DNA from: Polyangiales bacterium
GTDB lineage: Bacteria > Myxococcota_A > Polyangia > Polyangiales > Polyangiaceae
Length of the DNA stretch: 64,000 bases
Reading direction: 5' to 3'
Assembly: GCA_038230375.1 (NCBI GenBank)
Contig: JBBRNJ010000001.1
Location: forward strand, 192,001 to 256,000
The position numbers were made by a program, and so were the translations under genes. The notes under the pieces are model-generated. The model saw nothing but the letters and a program-made list of their open reading frames with translations. It had not been told where the DNA came from and searched no databases. Shown one piece after another: positions 1 to 10,087 of the stretch (positions are counted from its first letter, which is position 1; the number at the start of each line of letters is the position of its first letter).

Positions 1-41
1 GCCGCCGCAACAACCGCCGCGTCGAGTTCCACATCGAGTAG
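1..41 (+). CDS. 3' end of an OmpA-family peptidoglycan-binding protein (partial)
   Basis: Frame 3 reads RRNNRRVEFHIE*; NRRVEF is the OmpA C-terminal signature. Confidence 0.7.
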   Translation, partial: RRNNRRVEFHIE

Positions 42-257
42 CGCCAAAGCGGACGGGGCCGGCCATTGCGTCGGCTGGCGCTAGCCACGCCAGACGAGAA
101 CTCGGTGGTACCTTTTTGGTCCATTCCTGGATCACCTACACCTCACCCCTTGTAGGGATCTTCCGGACTGCCGTGCGGAATCGTTATCCTATTCTGGGTC
201 GCTTCCTCCCCGCGCCTCAGGAATACACAGGCACACATCCTGCGACAGTTGGTTGTC

Positions 258-1838
258 ATGAACCTCGGTCGCTCCTCCATCGCCGCCCTTCTTCTTGCCG
301 CCTCTTCCGTTCTCGCCGTCGGTTGCTCAGCATCCGCTGACAACACCGACGACACGACGGACAACGACCTCACCTCGATCTCGGCGCTCGCGCGCACGGT
401 CACGTTCCAGGGAAGGGTCTACGTCGCGGCGGGCGCCAGCGACACGGACGTCATGAGCTCGATCGAGACGCAGACGCAGACGGCGTTCGGCGCGCTGCGC
501 ACCTCGAACATCGCGGTGAACAACCGTGAGCTCAAGGGCGGCGTCGACAAGAAGTCGATCAAGAAGCGCGCGGTCAGCCTGGTCAACGGCACCAAGAAGA
601 CGGCCATGCAGGAAGTCACCTACGTCTACACGGACAACGGCGTCGTCGCGAAGTCGTATGCAAGGCGCTCGTCGGCTCCCATCGCGGTGCTGAACCCGTC
701 GTACGAGTCGCAGCTCGATCGCATTCTCACGGAGTGCACGGCGAACGACAGCGAGGCCAAGGAGTTCCAGGGCTCCATCTGGTACGTGTTCGAGCCCAGC
801 GTCGCAACCTGCGCGCCCGCGATGAAGAAGGAGCAGACGCAGATCGCTGCGGACCGCGCGAAGCTGAAGAACCCCGCCACCGAGGTCACGCAGTCGCAGG
901 TCGACCAGCTCTACATCCCGCTCACCGTGAAGCTCGGCGCCGACAAGACGAACAAGGGCCAGACCTACCCCGACTACCAGCGCCTCTACGCAGGCGGCGT
1001 TCAGAAGAACCACCTTGTCGTCGGCCTCGTGTACGGCCTCATCGACCACGACAACACCAACGGCCCCGCGGCCGACTCGAACTACCACGAGCTCATGACC
1101 CACCTGGACGAGGTGACGCGCACGCGCCCCGGTTTCAAGATCGTGAAGAGCGAGCCCGCGGCCGACTTCACGAGCTACACGCTGAAGTCAGGCAAGAAGG
1201 TGACCGGCATCACGCTGTCGGACCTGATTCGCCAGACCGTCGACGGCGCCGCGCCCAAGGGCCTCTCCAGCACGGACGCAAACGACCTGGCAACGCAGGC
1301 TGCCATGAAGTTCTACCAGCACTTCGTGACGATCGAGATGACGGAGAAGGTTGCAATCAACAACGAAGCGGCCCGCGATTTCTCGCTCGACATGCTCGTG
1401 TACTACGGCGCCGAGACGGACAACGCGCCGCACAAGCAGGTCATCAAGAACAGCGACGTGTTCCTCTACAACGGCCACTCGTACATCGGCTTCGGCCCGC
1501 TCGACCCGTCGAACTTCACCGCGGACGACTTCCCGTCCAGCTACCAGATCATGTTCGTCGACGGCTGCGTCTCGTACAACTACTACGAGAAGGACTACAT
1601 CCCCCTGAAGCAGGGCGGCACGCAGAACCTGGATCTCATCACGAACGGCATCGAGGCGCCGGCATGGCGCAGCGGCTTCGCGCTCGGTCGCTTCACGGAC
1701 ACGCTGCTCAACGGCAAGGGCGAGAGCTACTCGTCGCTCCTCCAGGCCGCGTCCGACACCGACTCACTCCGCGTTGTCGACGGCGAGCTGGACAACCAGT
1801 TCACGCCCGCGAAGTTCGCCATCAAGGTCTCGCAGTAG
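258..1838 (+). CDS. Lipoprotein with a possible clan-CD (gingipain/caspase-like) peptidase domain
   Basis: Lipobox LAVGC; strong GC3 codon bias; C-terminal FLYNGHS...FVDGC His/Cys motifs. Confidence 0.7.
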   Translation: MNLGRSSIAALLLAASSVLAVGCSASADNTDDTTDNDLTSISALARTVTFQGRVYVAAGASDTDVMSSIETQTQTAFGALRTSNIAVNNRELKGGVDKKSIKKRAVSLVNGTKKTAMQEVTYVYTDNGVVAKSYARRSSAPIAVLNPSYESQLDRILTECTANDSEAKEFQGSIWYVFEPSVATCAPAMKKEQTQIAADRAKLKNPATEVTQSQVDQLYIPLTVKLGADKTNKGQTYPDYQRLYAGGVQKNHLVVGLVYGLIDHDNTNGPAADSNYHELMTHLDEVTRTRPGFKIVKSEPAADFTSYTLKSGKKVTGITLSDLIRQTVDGAAPKGLSSTDANDLATQAAMKFYQHFVTIEMTEKVAINNEAARDFSLDMLVYYGAETDNAPHKQVIKNSDVFLYNGHSYIGFGPLDPSNFTADDFPSSYQIMFVDGCVSYNYYEKDYIPLKQGGTQNLDLITNGIEAPAWRSGFALGRFTDTLLNGKGESYSSLLQAASDTDSLRVVDGELDNQFTPAKFAIKVSQ

Positions 1839-1853
1839 TCGAGACGCAGGAGC

Positions 1854-2036
1854 TCAGGCCCGCACGTCGAGCTTGCCGCCGACCCCGGCGATCAATGTCC
1901 GCACGATGTCTGCCTGAGCATCGTTCGCTCTCTTCAGCACCGACACCTGCGCCTGCGCCTGTACCTGCGACGCAACATCGGACGTGGGCGCGCTGATGCG
2001 CGATGCGAGAGCGGAGGTGCTTGAGCCGACGTTCAT
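1854..2036 (-). CDS. YjfB-like small protein
   Basis: VSVLKRANDAQ...GGKLDVRA pattern resembles YjfB family. Confidence 0.55.
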   Translation of the reverse strand: MNVGSSTSALASRISAPTSDVASQVQAQAQVSVLKRANDAQADIVRTLIAGVGGKLDVRA

Positions 2037-2167
2037 GAGCGGTGTGAACGGCACATGTGCAGATCACTTGAGCCCATCACGCGAGCCGGACGAAAAGACC
2101 TACAAATCTGCGGCGGGGCCGGTTTCGCTTGCGGCACGGGCCGCGGAATGACACTTTCGCGCCGCTC

Positions 2168-3688
2168 ATGCCGCCTGTAGTGGATGCACCCGCGAGCTTG
2201 ATGGTGCGCCGCGCGGATCGCATGACCCGCGTGCTGTCCGTCATTGCGCTGTTTGCCGGCGTGGCGTGCGTCACCATCGCGGCGTTCTGTGTGGCAACGA
2301 CGCTTGGCTCACGGCGCTGGGGCCCCGTCGAGGCGGAGATGGTGTTCGAGGCGCTGCGCGTCCGGAAGGGCTTCCCGCTGTACTTCGATCCGAGCGTGGG
2401 CGCGGGCGAATACGGCGCGCCTCCCACGCGGTACTTCGTGCTCTACACGCCGATCTGGCCGCAGATCCTTGCGTGGCTCGGTTCCGCGTCGCTCGAGGGT
2501 CTGCGCTTCGGGGGACGCGTGGTCAACTCGGCGGCGTGGCTTCTATTCTTCGGGTGGGTGTACAGAAGCACGCCGCAGCTTCGTCGCACGCCAACGCTGA
2601 TCGCGTGCGCCGTGGTGGCCGGCGGATTCTTTCTCTCGCGCGAGGCATCGCTCGCGGGCCCCGACACCATCGCGTGCGTGATCGTCGGCGTGGCCTTCGT
2701 GCGCGCGGCGCGCAAGGGCGAGATGGACGCGCTGTCCGCGGTGCTCCTTGCCACCGGGCCGTTCATCAAGCCCAGCGTGATCGGCTGCGCCGTCGGTGTC
2801 TGCATCGGACACGCGATCGTGAAGCGGTGGGCTGCATGGCGCTCGCTCGCCGTGATGGCCGCGGTGGGCACCGCGTGGATCATCGTGTGCTTCGTTCTCA
2901 GCCACGGCATGTGGCCGATGCACATGTTTCGCGCGACGGGACAGACGATATCGCTGGACCGCCTGGTGTCCGAGCTGGGCGGGCGCGGGCTCTTCCTGGG
3001 CTTGCCGCACCTCGTGGTCATCGGCTTCGCGTTCCGCGGGAATGCCAACGCGGTTCTTCGCTCCACCCTCGTTGTGACGCTCGGCTATTCCACCTTCTTG
3101 CTCGCGAAGCACGGCAGCGGCTCGCACTACTTCATCGAGCCGAGCATCGCATGCGTCGCTGCGGTGAGCATGGTCGACTGCGTGGTGTGCCCGTGGCAAC
3201 GCCTCTTCCGCTGGACCGCCACGGCAACGCTCACGTGCATGACCGCCGTTGCCACGTTCGTTGGCTTCACGAACGAACACGCTGTCTCCCTGCGCCGCGT
3301 GGAGCTCCTGTCGGCCATGCGCGAGGCCTGCCCGCTGGCGGCCGGTGACGTGGCGGCCGTATCGGATCTCACGCTGGAGCTCGATCTGAACGGACGCATC
3401 CTCGTGCCGCTGTGGCAGACCAGCTACCTGGTTCGCCGCGGCATCTTCTCCGCGGACATGTGGGCGAAGGATCTACGAGACCCGCACGTGCGCTGCATGA
3501 TCAACGGACCAGAATTCCTGGACCCCGTGCCGGAGGACATCTCTGGCATCGTGGAGGTGTCGGCGTGGCGCAAGGAGCTGCGGCCAGAGATCGACCGCGA
3601 CTTCGTCTACGACCGCACCGTGATGGGTTTTTTGGTCATGAAGCGGCGCGACGGATCAGTTGCCGGAACTGAGAACGGTACGCGTTAG
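2168..3688 (+). CDS. Polytopic membrane protein, GT-C/ArnT-like glycosyltransferase
   Basis: Many hydrophobic segments; YTP, D, KP and HYF motifs typical of GT-C-type proteins; start uncertain. Confidence 0.6.
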   Translation: MPPVVDAPASLMVRRADRMTRVLSVIALFAGVACVTIAAFCVATTLGSRRWGPVEAEMVFEALRVRKGFPLYFDPSVGAGEYGAPPTRYFVLYTPIWPQILAWLGSASLEGLRFGGRVVNSAAWLLFFGWVYRSTPQLRRTPTLIACAVVAGGFFLSREASLAGPDTIACVIVGVAFVRAARKGEMDALSAVLLATGPFIKPSVIGCAVGVCIGHAIVKRWAAWRSLAVMAAVGTAWIIVCFVLSHGMWPMHMFRATGQTISLDRLVSELGGRGLFLGLPHLVVIGFAFRGNANAVLRSTLVVTLGYSTFLLAKHGSGSHYFIEPSIACVAAVSMVDCVVCPWQRLFRWTATATLTCMTAVATFVGFTNEHAVSLRRVELLSAMREACPLAAGDVAAVSDLTLELDLNGRILVPLWQTSYLVRRGIFSADMWAKDLRDPHVRCMINGPEFLDPVPEDISGIVEVSAWRKELRPEIDRDFVYDRTVMGFLVMKRRDGSVAGTENGTR

Positions 3689-3720
3689 GTTTCGCGGTCG
3701 GGGTGGGCTAAAGAGAGTCC

Positions 3721-4581
3721 GTGACCGAGGAGCTCCACGCATTCGACGCCATGCTTGGCCGCACGGTGCGCTTGCCGATCTTGCGCATAGGAACGCCGGG
3801 CGCCTTTCTCGCCCTCGATCCGGACAATGCCAAGTCCGAGGTGATCCTCCTCCTTGGCAGCGAGCTCGAACCAACGGACAAGGAAGGCAAGGTCCTCACC
3901 GTCTTCATCCATCGCGACTCCGAGGGGCGACCGCTGGCGACCAAGCGCGTCCCGAAGGTGGAGCTGGGGCAGGTTGCATTCCTGAAGGTCACGCAGCGCA
4001 CGAACGTGGGTGCGTTCGTGGACTGGGGGCTGCCGAAGGAGCTGCTGGTGCCCTTCAAGGAGGAGACCACCGAGATGCGCGTGGGCGAGGCCTACGCCGT
4101 CGGCCTTTACGTGGACGCGAGCGGCCGGCTTGCCGGGACCATGCGCGTTGCCGAGATGCTGCACCCGGCGGACGTCGGTGTGGACGCGTGGATGATGGGC
4201 GAGGCGTGGCGGGAGGTGCCGGAGGTCGGGCTGTTCGTGATCGTCGAGAAGAGCAGCGTGGGGCTCCTGCCCAAAGAGGAGCACCATGGTCTCTCGCGCG
4301 GGCAGGCTGCGCGCTTCCGCGTCACGCACGTGCACGCTGATGGAAAGATCGAGCTCTCGCTCCGGGCACACGCCCACGAGGAGCTGGAAGGTGACGCGGA
4401 GCGCATCCTCGCCGAGCTGCGTCTGAAAGGGAGCGCGCCGGTGTCGGAGCGCGCGAGCCCCGAGGAGCTCCGCAAGCGCTTCGGGCTCTCCAAGAAGGCA
4501 TTCAAGCGCGCCGTGGGCCGCCTCTTCCGGGAGCGAAAGATCGAGATCAACACCGATGGAGTGCTCCGGTGCGTGGGCTGA
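3721..4581 (+). CDS. cvfB: CvfB/YitL-family S1 RNA-binding protein
   Basis: GAFVDWGLPKELLVP and C-terminal FGLSKKAFKRAVGRL winged-helix motif. Confidence 0.85.
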   Translation: MTEELHAFDAMLGRTVRLPILRIGTPGAFLALDPDNAKSEVILLLGSELEPTDKEGKVLTVFIHRDSEGRPLATKRVPKVELGQVAFLKVTQRTNVGAFVDWGLPKELLVPFKEETTEMRVGEAYAVGLYVDASGRLAGTMRVAEMLHPADVGVDAWMMGEAWREVPEVGLFVIVEKSSVGLLPKEEHHGLSRGQAARFRVTHVHADGKIELSLRAHAHEELEGDAERILAELRLKGSAPVSERASPEELRKRFGLSKKAFKRAVGRLFRERKIEINTDGVLRCVG

Positions 4582-5411
4582 TTCGCGTCGTGCACTTCGC
4601 CCTGCTGGCGCCGCTGGGCGGGTGCGGAGGTGCTGTGGTAGGGCCCGGAAGCGCAGTCAGCGTCACGCCTGTCGCCGCGTCCACACCTGCACCAGCCGGG
4701 CACTCCGAGCGCGCCCAGGTCTGCCCCCTCGCGCCCGGCACGAAGAGCGCGTACTGGAGCGATCGCAAGCTCGCTCACGCCGTGGTGAAGGACGACCTCG
4801 TCGCGCGAAAGCGCGAGTTCATCCAGTTCGGACGCGTCTTCACACCCGAGAGCGAGCGCATCTCCGAAGAAGAGCAGGAGGCAAGACTGGCTGCGGTCGT
4901 GGCCGAGGAGGCCCGCGGCGACGGCACGAAATCAGACGACGTGACAGCCTATGAGCTACCGACCGGTGAGCCGCTCCTCTTCTTCCGTGGCGTGACTCCT
5001 ACCGACGCGGGCGGTATTGGCGACTCCAACACGTGGGGCATGGCTGTCGTTCGCGTGGGGTGCACGTGGACAAGGTTGGAAGGGGCCTTCGGGGGCACCG
5101 CTCTTGCTGTGTACCGCACACCGGGTGGGGCGGCCGTGCTCGTGCAGACCTCCACGAGTGGCCAGTGCGACACCGCGACCGAGGTACGCGTGCTCCATGG
5201 CACGAACGTCGAGAAGTCGACCATCAGCGGCTCGCGCACCGACATGGCTGACGTCTGCGGTGGCGAGCCACGCGTGGTGGAACCGGTCGCCGACGGGGAC
5301 GTGCTGCACGGGATGACGGTCACCACGAACGGCCCCGATGGAAAGCCAACGGAGACAGAGCGCTACACGTTCGACCCCAAGAACCCGTCGAAGCTCGTGC
5401 AGGTCCACTGA
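4569..5411 (+). CDS. Hypothetical lipoprotein
   Basis: Signal peptide with LGGC; overlaps previous stop. Confidence 0.6.
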   Translation: MRGLIRVVHFALLAPLGGCGGAVVGPGSAVSVTPVAASTPAPAGHSERAQVCPLAPGTKSAYWSDRKLAHAVVKDDLVARKREFIQFGRVFTPESERISEEEQEARLAAVVAEEARGDGTKSDDVTAYELPTGEPLLFFRGVTPTDAGGIGDSNTWGMAVVRVGCTWTRLEGAFGGTALAVYRTPGGAAVLVQTSTSGQCDTATEVRVLHGTNVEKSTISGSRTDMADVCGGEPRVVEPVADGDVLHGMTVTTNGPDGKPTETERYTFDPKNPSKLVQVH

Positions 5412-5452
5412 CGGGAAGAAGACGCGCCGCTCAGGCGTATGATCACCTACGG

Positions 5453-6766
5453 ATGAGTGAGTACCGCAGTGAGCAAAAGGCGGTGAACGAGCGCATCGCG
5501 GGGCTCGAAGCGGAGCTCGTGCGGCTGGGACCCAAGGAAGGCGACACCACGCCGCGCGTCTCCTTCGGACGGCTTGCCACTGTGCTCGCAGTCACCCTTG
5601 TCGGCGCCGCGGCGCTCTGGATGTACACCACCGCCGGGTTCTCCACCATCTACGCTGCGAGGCGCAACGTGGAGGTCATTCCGAGCGCGCCGCTGCCAGC
5701 CGATCCGCCGCGCCCGCGGACGGGGCTCGCGTGGTTGTCGGATCACTCGAGCGTCGGCACACAGGGACAGAAGTTCATGGACGTGGACGGCGACGCCAAG
5801 CCGGAGCTCATCGGCCTTGCGTGGGACCGAGCGATCGACGAGCGCGGGCAAGGGCTCCACGTCGTTGCATTCGATGCGAAGACGCTGCGACCAAAGTGGG
5901 CGAGCGACGGCTACTTCGGCCATCGCGCACATGGGCCCGAGCCCGTGGAACATCTGGTGGTGATGCCGGCTGGCGTGCTCGTGAGCGACGCGCATGGCGT
6001 GGTGCATGTGCTCGAGCCGGCGACGGGCAAGCAGCGCTCGGAGATCGCGCTCGGCTTCCCCGTGGATGCTGCGTGCCCTGCGCCGGACGGCTCACAGCGT
6101 GCGCTGGTCGCTCGCCAGGGCATCCCGTGGAGCGCGTCGCCAGGGCCGCTCGTGGGGATGATGAGGCACGAGATCGCACGCATCCAGAATGTCCTGATCG
6201 ACCCTGCGACCGGAAAGACAGCGCCGGCTTCGATCCACACGTTCTGCGATTGGTCCGACCACTGCGGGCGACACGAGGAAGGCCCGTGCCGCGTCTCCTC
6301 GGTGGATGCGGATGCGCCGCGCAAGCGGGACGTGGACGTGCAGTCCTATGCCGTCTACCGCGACGGCGATGCGCGCGTGGGGCTCGGGACCATCGACCTC
6401 ACGGCGACGGGAGACGACGCTGTCCCGCAGCGCTACGTCGCGGCCCGATGGAGCGCGTCCACGCGCGATCTCGAGTGGAAGACACCGCTCTCGATTCCCG
6501 GGGGCGTCAATAACGCGGCTGTGACGCTGGGTGCGGGCGTCTTCGTGGTGCTGGACGACGGGCCGAGTGGGCCTGGTCGCTTCCGCGCGCTGGACGCGAA
6601 GACCGGCAAGGTCCGCTTCGACGGACTGCTGGATCACGCCGGAATCGGTACCCAGGTCACGTCGATGTTCGTCCACGACGACAGCATCTACGTGGCGCGT
6701 GAAGAGCGACTGGACCGATACGACGCAAGCACGGGCATGCTGCTCGCGCGGAGCGACGCGCCATGA
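5453..6766 (+). CDS. Membrane-anchored PQQ-like beta-propeller protein
   Basis: N-terminal coiled coil and TM helix; repeats such as ALDAKTGKVRF; FG-GAP-like DVDGD. Confidence 0.65.
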   Translation: MSEYRSEQKAVNERIAGLEAELVRLGPKEGDTTPRVSFGRLATVLAVTLVGAAALWMYTTAGFSTIYAARRNVEVIPSAPLPADPPRPRTGLAWLSDHSSVGTQGQKFMDVDGDAKPELIGLAWDRAIDERGQGLHVVAFDAKTLRPKWASDGYFGHRAHGPEPVEHLVVMPAGVLVSDAHGVVHVLEPATGKQRSEIALGFPVDAACPAPDGSQRALVARQGIPWSASPGPLVGMMRHEIARIQNVLIDPATGKTAPASIHTFCDWSDHCGRHEEGPCRVSSVDADAPRKRDVDVQSYAVYRDGDARVGLGTIDLTATGDDAVPQRYVAARWSASTRDLEWKTPLSIPGGVNNAAVTLGAGVFVVLDDGPSGPGRFRALDAKTGKVRFDGLLDHAGIGTQVTSMFVHDDSIYVAREERLDRYDASTGMLLARSDAP

Positions 6767-7887
6767 CGAACGGAAAAAAGGGCACCGCGCTCGATGCAGC
6801 GCTCGCCCGCGTCAGCGCGCTCGAGAAAGAGATCGCCGAACATGGGCGGCCTCGTGCGCCGCGCTCGTCGGCTCACCTGGTTGCGTTGCTCGTGATTGGC
6901 GTGTTCGCCATCACGGTCGCGTCGGCGTCCCAGTCGGCCCGCCAGTACCGTGTAGTCCGCCAGGAGGCGCCCGAGAAACGACCGCTGCCGGCGGAGGGTG
7001 AGCTCTCCCTCGCGCCGATGGCGCTCTACTCCAGGATGGGCCCGCTCCTCGTGGACGTGAACATGGACGGCCAGAAGGACATCGTGGTTCCTGGCTGGCA
7101 CGAAATGCGTGACGACGAGCCCATCTATCTCGCAGCGCTCGACAGGAACACGTTCAAGGTGGTGTGGCGGGCGGGCCCCTTCACCGCTCGTCCGCGCGAT
7201 CAACGACTGTCGTTCGACAAGAGCCGCGTGGCGGGGTTGCTCCAGGTCACGGATGCCAACGGCGATACCGACGTGGATCTTGCACGTGGCCTCATGGGAC
7301 CGCGGTCGGTGAGCAAACCGAAGGACGTGGTCGACCCGTTCTTGCCGCGCCCGGTGCCACCATGCCCGAGTGACACCCAGGCGCCGTGCCTGACGACCGC
7401 CGCAGACGGAGTGGAGGAGCTCCTGGCAAAGGCAACCGGCGCGAAGCACGTGTTCGCATCGACGATCACGGGGAACGACTTCCAGATCCAGGTGGCGAGC
7501 GCGATCATGCCCAACGACGACTCCGTGGAGTACGTGGCACACCTGGCGCCCGACGGCACTGTGCGCTGGGTGACGCCGCTCCTACCGGCGGCGCAGGTGC
7601 GCAACGTGGACATGTATACACGCACGTCGCCGAACGAATGGACGACCATCGCGCGCGGCCGGGTGCTGCACATCTACCAGCTGGCGAAGGGCCCCTATCG
7701 GATGCTGTCGCGCGATCTGGCCACGGGGGCGTTGCAGTACGACGTGCAGCTTGGCGACCTCGCCCAGGGCTCTTTTCTGGAGTGGTTCAGCGCGGACAAG
7801 GACGACGCGTTCCTGGTCGCGGATTCGGAGCTCGTGGTCCTGGACGCGAAGACCGGCGAGATCACGCACCGGATCCGGACGTTCTAG
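6763..7887 (+). CDS. PQQ-like beta-propeller protein, paralog of upstream gene
   Basis: ATGA overlap; same coil-TM-DVNxDG-propeller layout; LDAKTGEI. Confidence 0.65.
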   Translation: MTNGKKGTALDAALARVSALEKEIAEHGRPRAPRSSAHLVALLVIGVFAITVASASQSARQYRVVRQEAPEKRPLPAEGELSLAPMALYSRMGPLLVDVNMDGQKDIVVPGWHEMRDDEPIYLAALDRNTFKVVWRAGPFTARPRDQRLSFDKSRVAGLLQVTDANGDTDVDLARGLMGPRSVSKPKDVVDPFLPRPVPPCPSDTQAPCLTTAADGVEELLAKATGAKHVFASTITGNDFQIQVASAIMPNDDSVEYVAHLAPDGTVRWVTPLLPAAQVRNVDMYTRTSPNEWTTIARGRVLHIYQLAKGPYRMLSRDLATGALQYDVQLGDLAQGSFLEWFSADKDDAFLVADSELVVLDAKTGEITHRIRTF

Positions 7888-7888
7888 C

Positions 7889-9169
7889 TCAGAAGCGGCC
7901 GTCGAGCGCGCACTCGAGCGACCGTCCCGTACGTGGCGTTGCCGCGATGCGCGACGGGGGCGCACCTGCCTTGTCGGCGACGGGACCTTCGGTCGCATAC
8001 AGGACGCCCGTCTTGTATCCGAGCGACGTTGCGCGCGACAACGCGTCCTCCTTCTTGCCGAACAGTCCGTAGAGCCACTGCGCCTTGGCTTGCGCGTAGC
8101 CTTCGTGTGCGGCTGCCGGTCCGGTACGACAACGATGAAGCGGGTCGTCGTAGATCGCGGCAAGCGGCTGATTTTCCGGGACTGCAACGACGTAGGCCGT
8201 GCCGAGGCGTGCTGGCTCCGTGGTGAACCCATCTGCGTCGATTCGCGCGCGGAGCGTGAGCTGCGGTGGGGAGAAGCCAAATGTGGAGGCGTCCTTTCGC
8301 TGGCAGAGCGCGCCGCGTTCGAGCTCCTGATGATGAACTGACAGGAACGCCACGCCACCATCGATCGGGTACCAGCCGGAGCCGCCGAGCCCAACCTCGC
8401 GTCGCTTGACGCCCGCGAGCGGTGGGAGATCGCGGCTCAGCTCGTCGATACGACCGAGGACTCCGAATGTGCCGCTGCCCCCGGTCGACAGTGTGAGCTT
8501 GCCAGCAGGCGCACCGACGACGAAGCTCACGACGTTCGTAAATTGAGCACGCGACATGGCGAGCGCACCAGTCGTGAGCTCCGGGGCCATCGAGACGTCC
8601 ACCGAAGTGAGGGGCGCGTCGTGAGGCGGCGGGAGCTTCTGGAGCGGCTCTACCAGCTCCAGTGTTGCGTCGACCGCGCCGAGCGCGACGGGAGCGGAGA
8701 CCAGCGTGAGGTCTGCGCCCGCGCAGGCCGCGCCCAGAAAGCCAAGGTAAGCGCGCATCGGAGCGGTGGGTGTGTCGCGCCCGAGCAGCGTGGCGACGAA
8801 GATGGGTCCGTGCGCTCCAACGCTCGCGGTCGTTGCGATCGAGCGGACCATGTAGTGCTTGTGGATCTCGGCGAGGAACCGCGGGAGCTGTGCGACGTCG
8901 CTGCGATATATCGGCCGCTGATCGAACGCCATGCGCGAGCCGCCGGTCACCTCCGCGAGGAACGCAGCTGCCTCGGGAGGCGCAGGCACGCAGGCATCTG
9001 CATGTGGAGCCGCGGTGGCCGTCGTTGCAGCGTTCGCCACGGCGGACGACACGGGCTCGGAGGCGGAGGCAGACGCACGCGGCGCGCGTTCGGGCTCTTT
9101 TTGCGGCCCCCCGCAGGCCCCGACGCAGACGACACAAGCGAACACGGACAAGGTCCGGAGAACGAGCAT
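7889..9169 (-). CDS. Hypothetical lipoprotein
   Basis: VGAC lipobox followed by Ala/Pro linker. Confidence 0.55.
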   Translation of the reverse strand: MLVLRTLSVFACVVCVGACGGPQKEPERAPRASASASEPVSSAVANAATTATAAPHADACVPAPPEAAAFLAEVTGGSRMAFDQRPIYRSDVAQLPRFLAEIHKHYMVRSIATTASVGAHGPIFVATLLGRDTPTAPMRAYLGFLGAACAGADLTLVSAPVALGAVDATLELVEPLQKLPPPHDAPLTSVDVSMAPELTTGALAMSRAQFTNVVSFVVGAPAGKLTLSTGGSGTFGVLGRIDELSRDLPPLAGVKRREVGLGGSGWYPIDGGVAFLSVHHQELERGALCQRKDASTFGFSPPQLTLRARIDADGFTTEPARLGTAYVVAVPENQPLAAIYDDPLHRCRTGPAAAHEGYAQAKAQWLYGLFGKKEDALSRATSLGYKTGVLYATEGPVADKAGAPPSRIAATPRTGRSLECALDGRF

Positions 9170-9189
9170 GAGGAGAGGATATCGCTCTT

Positions 9190-9714
9190 CTAGCTGACCG
9201 CCGCTTCAAAGGACGGCGCGTGCGCGTGCCTCTTGCGGGGCACCGTCGCAATTCCCTCCTGTGGGAGTGCGAGCAACGTGCGCAGCTCACCCACGGTCAT
9301 GGCAAGCAGATCGTTGTAGTTTGCATCGATCGCCCACAGCACGCGCCCGCGTTTGCTTGCGCGGAATGCGGCGAGCGCGCGCCTGAATGCGCCGAAGAAC
9401 CCGAGCATCATCCCGGACGTGATGATGCCACCGACGTAGAGGCCGACCTTGCGCAGGCCGCCGCGGGCCTCCCATGCGGAGATCTCGCCTTCACCTACGA
9501 GGTCCGTGCCAAACCCGGTGGCCACGTGGTGCAGGTCGTGCAGCATGATCGCCCACCTATGCGTGGGGGTGTTGGGGACGGAGAACTTCACGCCCAGGAA
9601 CGACGCGGGGGTCGTCTTCTTGTCGTACTCCTCACGCGTGAAGCCGTTTTCGCGCAGGTATTCGTCGAGTGCGCGAGCCACGGTCCACGCTGCGGGATAC
9701 GGCATGTCGCTCAT
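9190..9714 (-). CDS. Coq4-like putative metal-binding protein
   Basis: HDLHHVATG...GE motif as in Coq4 family. Confidence 0.6.
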   Translation of the reverse strand: MSDMPYPAAWTVARALDEYLRENGFTREEYDKKTTPASFLGVKFSVPNTPTHRWAIMLHDLHHVATGFGTDLVGEGEISAWEARGGLRKVGLYVGGIITSGMMLGFFGAFRRALAAFRASKRGRVLWAIDANYNDLLAMTVGELRTLLALPQEGIATVPRKRHAHAPSFEAAVS

Positions 9715-10087
9715 CGTCGGAGCCTAGGGCCGGACGTCCTCGGAGTGAAGGGCGTGAACGCCATATCCTGGAAGGCCTTCGCCGCCCGTTCCTCGGCTGA
9801 GCAACCGGAAACATAGGTGACACTTTAGACCGGGCACATGGGCGAACGTCTCCGTTGCGCGGACTGGGCCTCCCGCCCTGGGCGTCAGAAACGTTCACCT
9901 CCCAGGTGTACGGCGCGCCATGAAATGCCGACAAAACCGCAAATTCACCCGAAATTATACACCTGGTGGGTGTACTCGGTTTTTGGTGATTCACGAGACG
10001 GGTGGCCAAGGGAGGCGCGGCGGTCGCCATACGGTGCCACCAGAGCAGGTCGCTCATCGGTCAGTGTCGACCTCGACTTCGACCTTC

